Part shown: positions 1 through 12,967 of the stretch, one piece after another
Layout: each line of letters starts with the position of its first letter
How positions within the stretch are numbered: position 1 is the stretch's first letter
Origin: Phoronis australis
Taxonomy: Eukaryota > Animalia > Phoronida
Reading direction: 5' to 3'
Length of the DNA stretch: 64,000 nucleotides
Assembly (NCBI GenBank): GCA_002633005.1
Contig: NMRA01000678.1
Location: forward strand, 146,142-210,141
Position numbers and translations under genes: made by a program
The notes under the pieces: generated by a model
The model's input: the letters and a program-made list of their open reading frames with translations, nothing else
Told to the model about the DNA's origin: nothing
The model's database searches: none

Positions 1-103
1 AACAAGAGTTATAAAACGGTTGTTATCGTTCACGTAGTTTCCATCATACATGTTGATATTCAAAGAAAAACATTTCCAAAGTCGATAAATTTATTTCAAG
101 AGC

Positions 104-421
104 TTATTAATTAAAATGACATCAGCTAGAAATTAAAATTTGGGCATCAAAAGCGGGTCTCTATTATTAATATAGAGCGCTCGAAGGTGTCCGAAGAGCG
201 GAGCCTGCCTATATTGATATCGCTGGGCTCAACCCCAAGAGCGGAGACTCCATTGTTGATTTAGGGGCCCGCTCTTTTTAGCCGACTTCGGGCGGGGCTG
301 CCTTTAATGATATAGGCGGCCACACTCTTCGTCCACCTTCGGGAGGGGCCTCTCGATTAATATGGCTTGCCCCACTCTTGAGGCCCGAAATTTAATTTCT
401 TGCCTATGCAATTTTAATAAG
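104..421. mobile_element. Fold-back/MITE-like imperfect palindrome with internal AAGAGCGG subrepeats
   Basis: Left arm ttattaattaaaatgacatcagctagaaattaaaatttgggcatcaaaagcggg resembles the reverse complement of the right arm ...ccccactcttgaggcccgaaatttaatttcttgcctatgcaattttaataa. Internal segments are also mirrored (cgaaggtgtccgaagag vs ctcttcgtccaccttcg). Confidence 0.6.
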
Positions 422-2762
422 ATTAAGTCATTTTAAAAATTAGCTGTTTTTTGATTAAGTGAAGAAAATAATAAAGAATACAATGTTATTTGTAGCACCT
501 GTTGCTTAGTTGTATACATTCGAGAGGAAAAACCGAGTCACGTGGATTGAAAAGCGGGACATCCGCATAATGCCAAAACGGAATGGCGATTAGAAATGTT
601 TCGTCGCAACAAACAAAAAAGTCCCAACTGTGGTTTTCGTCGAACTACCTGACGACGATTTTTTAGTCGAATGAGAAATTGCGGGTGCTGCACAAACCAC
701 GAAAAGTCCCATTGTTTTCTTGTTTTTCGAACAGGAAAACAATGCTGTGTCAAGTGAAAAATCCCATTAGTATTATGATAATATGCCAGTTTCAGCGTGT
801 GTCAAAAGCGGGACATTTTGATGGTGTGGCGGATGGCGGGAGAATTGGACCATCTAGTTACTTTAAAAGTCTTCAAAAGTGTGTCTAGTAGAACTTCTAA
901 TAGGAGTTATGATAAAGAAAAGTTAGTCAAACAAAGTTACGCATTAAAAAAGACTTGCACAGACAGAATAATGCGGCTTTGTAGACAAAAATTCCCGTGC
1001 CTATAGGCAATGCATATCATGCGCCAATACAAACAACACCCCCGCGTCTACAAGTGAAACTTGGGCGCATGGGCCTAACTGCGAAACATGTTGGTAATTT
1101 TTTTTCGAAACATGTTTTATTTAGGAATAGCGCGTGTGTCTAAATACGAACATTTCAGTACCCACATGTACGGCATATGAATAATAAATAATATCTTAGA
1201 ATTGCTTTTAAAACCCGCGGCCCGTCACAAGCAAATATTAGATTGAGAACAGTTACGGCTACAAATCTAAGACTAACTTGTTCCTCACTAGATATAGACA
1301 TTGCATGGCTTGGAAAGAACTCACAGTTCGTTATTGTTTGAGATCGAGGCAGATAAGTGGGCTTTGAAAATTCAAACCGGAATAATTTAAGCGATGAAAA
1401 CATCCGCTATCTGTGTCTGGAAGATGAATAACGAAATAAACTCTAAAAATTTCACTAAAATCGTTTGCGCCAGTTTTAGAAATGATTTTCGGATAGTGTC
1501 GGAGTGCGTTTTTTATAACATCAGAATACTAAATTTTCTTATGCCTTTACTTGTCTATAGTTTTTGAAATCTGAACACCATGAGATGCTTCTGTCTCGTT
1601 ACCGTAAGTCTGCAAGTAATTGTCACAATCTATTCAGTGTTTGAGCATACCCGTCTTTTTGACCTTTCTGATCAACGAGCTAGGTATAGCTCATAGCTCT
1701 GATCATCACACCCAAAAAATACAATAAATGCCTGTTGGTGGGGAATCTCAGAAAACCAAACAAATCCCCCAGTAGTCTTTGTTTTTATCAAAATAGCGAC
1801 GATCAACAGCATTCGTTGAAGTCAACATTTTCAAACCACAATTACGCCATTAATATCAATCATCAAAAAACCAACAACGACTGGTTTAATTCCGTGGAAA
1901 AAAAGATCACGTTCTCTAATGACATGAAATATTGTTTTCTCAGCGATTCAGTGATTCTGTAATTACTTTAGGAAAATAGTCAAAATTTGCCGCTTGTTCC
2001 TTCGTGCATTCTTGTGTTAAGAGGTTCTTGCGACGATAAAAAACAAAGTCGGGATGTTTTTGTTTGTTATGGCGAACACATCTGGCCCTTGAGTTTTGGA
2101 ATAGACCTAGATGTCCTGCAATATATGCTGAAGACTCTCTTTTTAAATCCAGATGACTCGTTTTTTCATTTCTCGACAAATAACATTGTTATGATTATTG
2201 CTATTTTCCGCAGTCCACTAACTTTCTAACACATCAATACTGGGTAAAAATGTGTTTCAAGTTGACATTAACACACACCACATGAATCATTATCATCAAT
2301 GTTTACTTTGTGAAGATTTTATTTCTTGGTTTGCTATATATATTTCTAAACCAACTTAATGAGCTACCCACAGCATATCCCACCAAAGTTACGTAATAGA
2401 TGTTTGTCTCATGATTTTCTATCAGACGGAAAACCCCTATTGAAATTTCGAAAGGGTAGGTGGAATAATTGTTTTATAACGTTTGTTGTAAACGCATTGC
2501 ATGCAGAATACGAAAAAACACAAGTGCAAAGAATAAGGATGAAAATAAAGTATAATGTATAAAACATAACAATCGTTCTGGTAAGACGGGCAATAAAAAG
2601 CGCAACTGCGCTCTTGGCTTGTCCAGGTGTCCCAGCTTAGCTCTCAATGTGCAATAATAATAACAGTATGAATACAATAGTGCTATTTCATTATATCTAT
2701 CTGTAAATAATGTCTTCCATAATGCTTTAAATACTTTTGTATTTCCATTGGTTTCTAGCACA

Positions 2763-2857
2763 TGACGTGCTAAGTAAGTAAGTCTAAATGACGTGTTTTT
2801 TCGCACTCCTGTCACCAAAGATTACTTATTTACTTACATACAACCGCTAGGTGTCGC
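2763..2857 (+). promoter_or_regulatory. Candidate proximal promoter of the RING gene: two TGACGTG (CRE/UPRE-like) motifs and a CTCF-like motif
   Basis: TGACGTG at 2763-2769 and 2789-2795; CCGCTAGGTGTCGC at 2844-2857, 85-180 bp upstream of the ATG. Motif match only. Confidence 0.35.
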
Positions 2858-2941
2858 CAAGTCTAAGACTGCGCTTAGTTGTTTGAAGTTACGAATGTGG
2901 ATAAACAAGTAGAACTTTTGAAATCGCGATTTGTTGATAGA

Positions 2942-3006
2942 ATGCCCAATAAAAGGCGAAAGAGGTCTTCTGCAGGCTTTTCATCGCAGGAGGCGGAATT
3001 AGAGAG
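2942..3006 (+). CDS. RING E3 gene exon 1 (MPNKRRKR...ELE)
   Basis: ATG at 2942; donor AG|GTTTGT in phase 2 joins the first A of exon 2 to form AGA (Arg) in frame. Confidence 0.75.
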
Positions 3007-6000
3007 GTTTGTTCGTGGTTGTAGCTTTTGGGATCCAAAGTAAAAGTAATAAAAATATGTTGGATTGAGCACTAACTGACTAAGCGATGAAGGCAGCCGA
3101 TGAGGCCGGTGTGGCACGGGGTCTTATCTCGATGTTTTTAGCACATACCAGTACCTCTCATTAGGCAAATACATCAGCAAGTATACACAGGTGATAGCAA
3201 CACGTAGCCCCTTGGCTGGCTATTATGGTGAATCTGCAGTGAATGTAGTAGTATAAAGGCCTTTCATAATCACTCGCCTATGTCTATGAGCAAACTTGTG
3301 CTCTTTGCCTTTGGTGTTTGGTCGACTTGTTAGGACGCCTGGCATTGAAGCAAGAGGTACGGGGTTCAAAACTTTTACTATTTGATGTTTCACTACAGTA
3401 TACAGTGGCTACAGTTGTACAGTTGTACAGTACTCCCATCAATTTCTGTACTAGTCTCATACGGTTCATTTTAAACCAGCGGTAGCTGAAATACGGCGGT
3501 CACAGAATAAAGGACTCTGGAGGCAATTTAGGCAACATAATTTGAACATATCCGTGAAATCTGGCATGGATCATTCGAGCTTCCCTCACCTGGTGCCATT
3601 TTGAGGAATTTAGGTCTTGAAATCATGCTTGTTGACGAACAAAAAGTTCAAGGGGCACAAATCTTACAAATTCCACTTTCTGATTGTGATTTCTAACCAA
3701 TTTTCAGATACTTCCTCAATCCAAGTGCCGTCAGTCGTCATTTGTATTGTTCCATTTGTCAAGATGTCTTCTTCGAACCACAGAGGGCGCCTTGTGGACA
3801 CAGTTTTTGTAAAAAGGTTAGTCAGCTCAGTTCATAGAGGAATTTAGTTACTGAACTCATTCAAGTTAAAGGGGATCACAACCATTTTGATGTAATATTT
3901 AGTAAAAATATATCAGTGTTCTCCACAACAGAAAATTAAAACTCAAAGTACTAAATCCATATATGTCCGATTGTCCATTTCCATACTGTGGGGAGTTTGT
4001 GTGTTTTGTCTTGGAATAAATGCTTTGGACTTGTATCAAAACTCCAAAATGTCCTGATTTCCTGAAGAAATGAGTAATCTCCCAATTCTTTAAACTCTTT
4101 GCATAGTTTTTCCAACTCAACACTAGTAAGCCAAACTTGTTAGGACAAAATTCAACCTCGTCGCAGCAACGAGTCAAAATAGGTTGTGATTGTGAAGAAC
4201 ACTGCACACATCCTTGAATGTCATGGAGATACATTTTTCATGTTGGCTTGGTGAATATTTGCAAGGAATGATACAATGTGATGTGGATTGCCTAGCAATA
4301 GGCCCACATTTCGATTCTACATTCATTTTCATTGAACAAGTTCAATGTTTTACTCACTAATGAACAATGCCTGGCTCATTCATATTTGCTCCATGGAAGT
4401 GAATGCAGATTTGAATGCGGCCATCTTGCAGGGCAGCTTCTGTCACTTCATTGCTCCATACGTACACGTTGAGGGAGCAGTGATTAATGAAGGGAAAATG
4501 TCTCCCCAAAATAACAAAGTATGTGTGTATTTGTCCAAGGTAACATCAAAAAGCATTACTTTCCCTTTAACGCTCAGGGAGTCTGAATCAGGAAAGACCA
4601 ACATTACAGTGTTTACAACAGAATGTTAGGTGATTCTAAGTGACATAATTGACTTGGGAGCGTATTTTTAGTGTGGGCATTATCTCAGATGAACACTGTA
4701 ACCTATTGCAAGTGGTTCTTTTCTTTTCATTGTTTGAATGTAAACGCAGTGTTAAGATTTAGTATTATAATGCTTCCTCATTTAAGTTACTGGTCATTAA
4801 ATTCAATCTTAAATGTTAAGCTGAAAATAAAATGTTTATCAGAAGTTTCATTTACTTAATATGCAATCTGTTGCTTGAAGTTGTGCCTATACTAAAAGTT
4901 TGTTGTCATATAATCAGAACTATTTTTTTTTTAGTACATTTTATCGCAACATTCATATTTTAAATTAATATTTAGACTTGCAATGAAGTATTCACTGATG
5001 TCTCCAGAGCTACAGAAGTTTCACTATTCTCTCAGTTGAAACATATTTTGATCTTCGCCTTAAGAATACTAGTAATTTCTTTATGTTTGGGCCTCTTTTC
5101 TTCTTCAGTGTATCCTTATGTGGTTAAAACAAAGCCGTACCTGCCCTGAAGACAGAACTCCAGTGGAGAAACATCATCTTCACCGTGACTTTATACTGGA
5201 GAACATCATCGGCGATCAGATGGTAACGATATGAAACTGCAATAAATTTCAGTTTAGCAGAGATAAGCTCACCAGTGCTGAGTTCAGCTCAACATGACGT
5301 CCCTCGGTACATTTGCAACACCAGTTTTCATTCCAGAATCTGTGCGCTTTTACCAATAACGCGCTAAGTCCAAAATTGTCGCAAAGTTTTGTTCATTAAT
5401 ACTGACATATGTAATGAAGTTTTAAGGAAAACCCGCCTACTTTTATTTTTTTAAAAGTTGGTAGTGAAATAAGGCAAACACAAATAAGGCTGAGCTGTAT
5501 GACGTATTAACATTTTATTGATATCTGTAGAATGACGAAACTCATCATTTGATCTAAATTGAAGAACGTTAGGCAAAGAATTTATTTAAAAACTATGGAA
5601 TCTGTTTTCAGGTTGCTTGCCCTCATCGCAATAATGGCTGTGAATTTGTTGGACAGCTCCAGCTTCTAAAATCCCACACCAGGAGATGTGACTTTAATCC
5701 AACTAACCTACCTGAGTTCCTCAAAGAAAACACAAAACCCTTATCACCAGGTGATTATTTACGTTCTACAAGTATGGATTACGATGAAAGCAATAGATTC
5801 AATTCCTTAGACTTTCAGGTTTGATTCTACATCAAAGCGTGACATATTATTCCTTCACCAGTTCAAAGTTGAGTTGGTAGGCTCCACAACATGAGCAAAA
5901 GGTCTAATCCGGTGTCTGATTTTTATGTTACAATGCTAGAAGTACATGAAAACTAAAAACAATGTTATTTTTTATGTGAATTGGTAAGATTTCACCATTT

Positions 6001-6336
6001 CATCACTATGGTATGTTATCGAACCCTGCCTATTCTGCGCAAAATTCCCTGCCACACACTATTCAAACTCATATAAACCATTGTTTGTGCATTGGCTACG
6101 GTTCCGCTGTGTGGTAAGAATTTGATTATCACCCCCGCTTCACCTGTCATTTTCTATTTACAGCCTCACAAGACCCTTGTGCTTCAGATGTCAGCGAGGG
6201 CAAGCTGCCCACTCCAGCGAAGCCCTCCCTGAAGATGCGACTGTTCCGAGCAGGAGGGGGCCAGAAACAACTTTTATGCTCTATGTTTGACAAGAATCAG
6301 CCATCGTCTACATCGTCACCAACAAACTCTTCATGA
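2942..6336 (+). CDS. RING-HC + TRAF-type zinc-finger E3 ubiquitin ligase (RNF151/RNF41/TRAF-like N-terminus), 5 coding exons, 199 aa
   Basis: Exons 2942-3006, 3708-3816, 5109-5222, 5612-5750, 6164-6336 all have GT..AG ends with compatible phases (2,0,0,1) and total 600 nt. Translation: MPNKRRKRSSAGFSSQEAELERYFLNPSAVSRHLYCSICQDVFFEPQRAPCGHSFCKKCILMWLKQSRTCPEDRTPVEKHHLHRDFILENIIGDQMVACPHRNNGCEFVGQLQLLKSHTRRCDFNP...SSPTNSS*. RING is CxxC..CGH..CxxC..CPxD (terminal Asp as in TRAF/RNF41-type RINGs), followed by a C-x6-C-x11-H-x3-C zinc finger. KRRKR near the N-terminus is a candidate NLS. Confidence 0.9.
3708..3816 (+). CDS. RING E3 gene exon 2 (first half of RING)
   Basis: Acceptor ttttcag|, donor AAG|GTTAGT; encodes YFLNPSAVSRHLYCSICQDVFFEPQRAPCGHSFCKK. 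Confidence 0.92.
3870..4566. mobile_element. Kolobok-like non-autonomous DNA transposon in RING gene intron 2
   Basis: Flanked by TTAA at 3866-3869 and 4567-4570. Termini AGGG...CCCT, with ttttgatgt / acatcaaaa subterminal inverted match. Confidence 0.5.
5109..5222 (+). CDS. RING E3 gene exon 3
   Basis: Acceptor ttcttcttcag|, donor ATG|GTAACG; encodes CILMWLKQSRTCPEDR...IIGDQM. Confidence 0.92.
5612..5750 (+). CDS. RING E3 gene exon 4 (TRAF-type zinc finger)
   Basis: Acceptor tgttttcag|, donor CAG|GTGATT; encodes VACPHRNNGCEFVGQLQLLKSHTRRCDFNP... Confidence 0.9.
6164..6336 (+). CDS. RING E3 gene exon 5 (terminal)
   Basis: Acceptor tatttacag|, phase 1, open to TGA at 6334-6336. Confidence 0.8.
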
Positions 6337-7802
6337 TGCCCTTGGATTGCTGCTCCTTGTCTGTGGTATTTTGTCCCTACGTCCCATGCAGTGCCATCGT
6401 TGAAAACCATGGTTTTGGTTCCCGTTCTCAGGTGGCGCCACTTGTTTTGGTTCTTTGAAGGGGAAAGCAACTGTTAAATGTTACCTGCACTAAAATTGCG
6501 GCTCTTTGGTTATCCCGGAGAGACATTTTTCACATTAATCACCATTCACTTGGGGTTTATTTATTCTCCGTGCTACAATACCAGATCCACATTTTGGTTT
6601 AGCACCCATTTCCATTGATCAAACACAACTGATCGACACAGACTTCGTTCAATTTAGCGATTTGGACATTGCATTTGCTAAATGGAAAGGAATGCAGTAG
6701 CAATATGTCGGCCATTTTCTGGGCTATGTGTGTGGTTCAGTTATTTGATGGATATTTGAAACATTCCAGGGGATCAACTGTTTATGTGGAAAAATGTGTC
6801 TCCCAGGTAATCAAGGATTCGTTTCGTAATAAAAGTCTCATGAAAAACAATTGAAATCTCTACCAGAGATGCACTTCTAGATGTTTTTGTTGCCAATTTT
6901 CAATCACTGTACTATTAGTCTTTCAAAACAAACTTTGATTCGTGGAATAAGGAAAGGTAAGTTAGTAAATACATTTCCTGGTGTTTTAGGATATTCTGCT
7001 TAAATTTTACGACACTATGTATATGTTCTATTACAAAATAGATTTTCCTCTGCAGTCACATGTGAACGGCCATTTTAATTATGAGCAGGCATGTGATCCC
7101 CGATAAAATAGAATCCTACATTTTTTTATTATTTTCTATCTGCATACGGTAAAACAGGATTTATACAATTTCTTGTTTTGGAAGGATATTAAGTTACATA
7201 ATTTGTCAGGTAAATATTTAGCATGCCATATGGCAGAGAAATATTTTGTCAATGCTGTCTAACCTCATTTTAGTTGTGGCATGGCACACCAAATGGCAGA
7301 CAAATAAAAGTTTATTGTGTAAAAATTTCTCAACAAAAATATCTTCAGGAAAATTAACTTTCTTTTTAGCATGACGTAGATAATAGCAAACAACATTTGG
7401 TAAACTTTTGAGTATTTGTAACAATGTGGTAAGTTTCCGAAAAATTGAAATAAAATTATGACAATTTCAGCAATTATATTTGTCCGGAATTAAATAATTT
7501 TTATGGTATGACCCGACACTTCATACAATTTTAATTATTTGTAACAGCCTTTGAAAAATAAATAATTACGATTTTGGCGCTAATTTTGGGACTAATGTCT
7601 GATGTATTGCCTGTTCTTTATGTTAGTGTAAATTTTTTATGAATCTGAATGAATGATTTTGCCAAAATTATTCTTTGATAGTGATATATAAAGAAAGTGG
7701 CAATTTATAGTGTTCTAAAAGTGCTCTTAGGTATACTTTTGAAAATAAAGGTAAAGATTTCCCCATGTTCCTATTTATTATTTTCATCGTCATTTTCAGC
7801 AA

Positions 7803-8121
7803 TTTTTATGCGTCCACATATTTATATGTGGACGCATTATGCCGTCATCTCCGTCCGTCCGTCCGTCCGGGCGGCGTCCGGCGTCCGCTGCTCTATCTCC
7901 AAAACCCTTTGACATACGTTCATGAAATTTGGCACATATGTTCCATTCATGAATGGGACGGCATGTGCGAACTTTCGGACGGATCCGACTACCGGTGTGC
8001 CCCCTAGTGGCAATTTTAGTTTTTTACGCTTACCTTTGTATCTTCAAAAGTCCTGAACGGATTTTCATGAAATTTGGTATGTAGGCACCTAGTCGTGAGA
8101 TGACGCTATCCTGCCGTTTTC
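7803..8121 (+). mobile_element. Helentron-associated interspersed element (HINE/DINE-1/pearl-like), 5' part, cut by the N gap
   Basis: Starts in a T-run, then a 14-bp stem hairpin (ATGCGTCCACATAT tt ATATGTGGACGCAT, 7808-7837), a (CCGT)n microsatellite, and a repeated TTCATGAAATTTGG core unit. The equivalent site in the duplicate copy (about 10740-10745) is empty. Confidence 0.75.
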
Positions 8122-8122
8122 N

Positions 8123-10745
8123 GCGATCAGATGGTAACGATATGAAACTGCAATAAATTTCAGTTTAGCAGAGAAAAGCTCACCAGTGCTGAGTTCAGCT
8201 CAACATGACGTCCCTCAGTACATTCGCAACACCAGTGTTCATTCCAGAATCTGTGCGTTTTTTACCAATAACTCGCTAAGTCCAAAATTGTCGCAAAGTT
8301 TTGTTCATTAATACTGACATATGTAATGAAGTTTTCAGGAAAACCCGCCCACTTTTATTTTTTTAAAAGTTGGTAGTAAAATAAGGCAAACACAAATAAG
8401 GCTGAGCTGTATGACGTATTAACATTTTATTGATATCTGTAGAATGACGAAACTCATCATTTGATCTAAATTGAGAACGTTAGGCAAAGAATTTATTTAA
8501 AAACTACGGAATCTGTTTTCAGGTTGCTTGCCCTCATCGCAATAATGGCTGCGAATTTGTTGGACAGCTCCAGCTTCTAAAATCCCACACCAGGAGATGT
8601 GACTTTAATCCAACTAACCTACCCGAGTTCCTCAAAGAAAATGCAAAACCCTTATCACCAGGTGATTAATTACTTTCTACGAATATGGATTACAATGAAA
8701 GCAATAGATTCAATTCCTTAGACTTTCAGGTTTGATTCTACATCAAAGTGTGACATAGCATTCCTTCACCAGTACAAAGTTGAGTTGGTAGGCTCCACAA
8801 CATGAGCAAAAGGTCTAATCTGGTGTCTGATTTTTATGTTACAATGCTAGAAGTACATGAAAACTAAAAACAATGTTATTTTTTATGTGAATTGGTAAGA
8901 TTTCACCATTTCATCACTGTGGTATGTTATCGAACCCTGCCTATTCTGCGCAAAATTCCCTGCCGCACACTATTCAAACTCATATAAACCATTGTTTGTG
9001 CATTGGCTACGGTTCCGCTGTGTGGTAAGAATTTGATTATCACCCCTGCTTCACATGTCATTTTCTAGTTACAGCCTCACAAGACCCTTGTGCCTCAGAT
9101 GTCAGCGAGGGCAAGCTGCCCACTCCAGCGAAGCCCTCCCTGAAGATGCGACTGTTCCGAGCAGGAGGGGGCCAGAAACAACTTTTATGCTCTATGTTTG
9201 ACAAGAATCAGCCATCGTCTACATCGTCACCGACAAACTCTTCATGATGCCCTTGGATTGCTGCTCCTTGTCTGTGGTATTTTGTCCCTACGTCCCATGC
9301 AGTGCCATCGTTGAAAACCATGGATTTGGTTCCCGTTCTCAGGTGGTGCCACTTGTTTTGGTTCTTTGAAGGGGAAAGCAACTGTTAAATGTTACCTGTA
9401 CTAAAATTGCGGCTCCTTGGTTATCCCGGAGAGACATTTTTCACATTAATCACCATTCACTTGGGGTTTATTTATTCTCCGTGCTACAACACCAGATCCA
9501 CATTTTGGTTTAGCACCCATTTCCATTGATCAAACACAACTGATCGACACAGACTTCGTTCAATTTAGCGATTTGGACATTGCATTTGCTAAATGGAAAG
9601 GAATGCAGTAGCAATATGTTGGCCATTTTCTGGGCTATGTGTGTGGTTCAGTTATTTGATGGATATTTGAAACATTCCAGGGGATCAACTGTTTATGTGG
9701 AAAAATGTGTCTCCCAGGTAATCAAGGATTCGTTTCATAATAAAAGTCTCATGGAAAACAGTTGATGTCTCTACCGGAGATGCACTTCTGGATGTTTTTG
9801 TTGCCAATTTTCAATCACTGTACTAATGCCAAATGTGGCAGGTTTTTGAACTACGTCTTTCAAAACAAACTTTGATTCCTGGAATAAGGAAAGGTAAGTT
9901 AGTAAATACATTTCCTGGTGTTTTAGGATATTTTGCTTAAATTTTACGACAATATGTATATGTTCTATTACAAAATAGATTTTCCTCTGCAGTCACATGT
10001 GAACGGCCATTTTAATTATGAGCAGGCATGTGATCCCCGATAAAATAGTATCCTACATTTTTTATTATTTTCTATCTGCATACGGTAAAACAGGAATTAT
10101 ACAATTTCTTGTTTTGGAAGGATATTAAGTTACATAATTTGTCAGGTAAATATTTAGTATACCATATGGCAGAGAAATATTTTGTCAATGCTGTCTAACT
10201 TCATTTTATTTGTGGCATGGCACACCAAATGGCAGACAAGTAAAAGTTTATTGTGTAAAAATTTCTCAACAAAAATAACTTTTCAGGAAAATTAACTTTC
10301 TTTTTAGCATGACGTAGATAATAGCAAACAACATTTGGTAAACTTTTGAGTATTTGTAACAATGTGGTAAGCTTCCGAAAAATAGAAATAAAATTATGGC
10401 AATTTCAGCAATTATACTTGTCCCGAATTAAAGAATTTTTATGCTATGACCCGACACTTCATACAAGTTTAATTATTTGTAATAGCCTTTGAAAAATAAA
10501 AAATAACGATTTTGGCGCTAATTTTGGGACTAATGTCTGATGTATTGCCTGTTCTTTATGTTATTGTCAAATTTTTATGAATATGAATGAATGATTTTGC
10601 CAAAATTATTCTTTGATAGTGATAAAAAGAAAGTGGCAATTTATAGTGTTCTAAAAATGCTCTTAGGTATACTTTTGAAAATAAAGGTAAAGATTTCCCC
10701 ATGTTCCTATTTATTATTTTCATTGTCATTTTCAGCAATTTTTAT
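8123..10745 (+). repeat. Near-identical second copy of 5212-7809, including RING gene exon 4 (8523-8661) and exon 5 (9075-9247); probable uncollapsed allele
   Basis: Begins immediately after the N at 8122 and is colinear with copy 1 apart from scattered SNPs and small indels. Both exon copies remain open; changes are mostly synonymous, with one T>A. Confidence 0.9.
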
Positions 10746-12967
10746 AATTGTTGTTTTGTCATATTCTAATGTGTTTACATTTTGTGGGCTGTTTAATTGT
10801 ATGAAGTTTTGTTCCTGTAAAATAGTTTTTATGTGCTCAGCGAGCCTTGTGATAAGAATAATGCACGTGAATTTGGCCCATGTTTTGTGTGGAACACTTG
10901 AGCCAAATTTCCTGAATTACATGTATGTGAAACGTATTTATTAGAAATTGTAGAATTTGGCCAGAAGTATCATGAGCCCACGCTAATAACACCCAGTTTG
11001 AGACGTGTTGCATATAGGCAGGAGGTAACAGCTAGTGAGGGTCAATTGTAAAGGGCTATGTGCGAAACGTGTGTAAATCATTTTTTATTATAAAAACGGG
11101 TTATGTCGGATACAGGCGCCTGGGCCTAAATAGGCCCATATACCGTAGTAATGGTACTAACGCTAGTGACTAAGTAAGATGTTTTGGATTGGTGGCAGTC
11201 TGGCCGAAAATGTGAGATTGGATGCCTCAGGTGTTCTTGTTGAAAGGTGATCAATAAACAAGTGAAAACAAACAAACATGTTTTCTCCTTCTCACACAAA
11301 GCCGCAGTTCCCTTCGTTTAGGGCGTCACTTCTGTAACCTAACGGTCATTAACTAAATCTTTTTCATCAAAAAATCACGGTGACGTGATGACTGTCACAT
11401 AACAATGACGAGCTTTTGAGTTTGTTTCATGAAAAATGACTTAGATACTGAAGAACTTTGGCCTGAAAAATAATTAAAACACTCCATCAGTGCAAAGTAT
11501 CCGAGAACATGCCCATTACTGGTAGTTGTCGAGATAATTTATAGAAAACATAGCTAGGCTGAGAGGTAAAAATTACATGGTTAAAACTTTATTACAAAAT
11601 TGTGAAGTGGGCAGACTATGCATTTACTGGGCATGTCAACACCAGTGTGTTACTTATGTGCCTGAGATGACAAAATTCCAGGCTTTGGATCTTCCACATT
11701 TCGTTCATACCTAGAAGTTGATGAAGATTGCTGGCCAACTTTTGGTCACGCTGGCCTTTTCCATTCATATGAGGTGCTGCGTCCCTCAAAATATAACTCT
11801 GGCATCACTGACCCTGCTTCCAGTACCGGTCCAGTTGGGTAATCATCGTTTTTCATGATTTTGTATGGGTACAAATTAAATAAAAAACGCTTATGTTTTC
11901 CTTTGAAATATGTGGTAGGGCTTCCCGTTATATCATCCTTGGCTCCTTTACCGTTATCGCAAGGCAAAGGTAAAGCAATGGGTGATCAAATTATCAGTAG
12001 ATGCATACATGAAGACCTACACCTGCAGACTTACTAAGCGTATATTTCCATGTCATGAGTCAAAGGGTTCTAATGAATTCCCGGGATAAGCCTAGACAGG
12101 GTTGCTGTTAGGCAAGTGATCCAGATAATTACTGGTCATTGCAATTTTAGCCTGGCATCCAAATATCGCAAACCACGTGACATCCTTAACTTGCTGTAAG
12201 CGTGGCATGCGAGCCGAAATTCTTCAACACTGGAGATTTGCGGTGACCAAAAAAGGCTTCGCATCTTTTTACACCGTGAGCACTGCCTACCTGGTGGAAA
12301 TCACCCCTATCCTACACATTTAAATGTCTTTTCAAAAATTCCCAAGACCTAAAGGGGACAGAAACCAGAACACTGCACACTACTCCGACTTCGTTGTTTT
12401 AGTTGTCAGTGGCAATGCTGTTTTTTTTTTCTTTTTTTTTACAAAAGTAGCCTGTTTCCACATGTCTCCAGCTCGTTTCATCGAGTTGTTTTAGCCTCTT
12501 GAAAGAGGATCACTGGCGCTCTGAGAGCTGAGGTGTGGTGTGAAGCGGCTCTAAGATAATTAGCTTGAAATGTCCGTTGTGACGGCTGAAATTTTAAAGT
12601 CTTAACAATAGTACATGTACAACTCTGAAATAGTTTATTCGTTTAATCAAACAAGCGTCAGTCATAATCATAATACAACAATAAAAACACTCAGTGACAC
12701 AATGAGTTGTGTAATTGAGTGTGCTTTTTTTGCATTGATCAACATGTAGTTCAACAAGACAGGTTTATTCACTGGCAGTTTCACTTTTCGAGGTTAAATT
12801 GTCGTCAGGTATAATACAAGAGTGTAAAATGACTTTTAAGTCATTGTTAAAACAATTCAAGACGTGCTTCGTTAAACTGGCGTTTTCTACTTCAAGCACT
12901 CTAATTTTTTCTACTTCTAAGCGTTTTATCGTGCTTTATTTGCACATGTATACATTTACAAACTAAG

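Noticed and set aside
3085-3130. snoRNA- or hammerhead-like words (GATGAAG, CCGATGAG) in RING intron 1
   Set aside because: No matching D box with terminal stem, and no GAAA core.
8123-10745. A second RING paralogue
   Set aside because: It lacks exons 1-2 and most of exon 3, starts at an N, and differs only at allele level.
11746-11967. 73-aa minus-strand ORF with protein-like composition
   Set aside because: Non-ATG start, no in-frame splice partner found and no recognisable domain.
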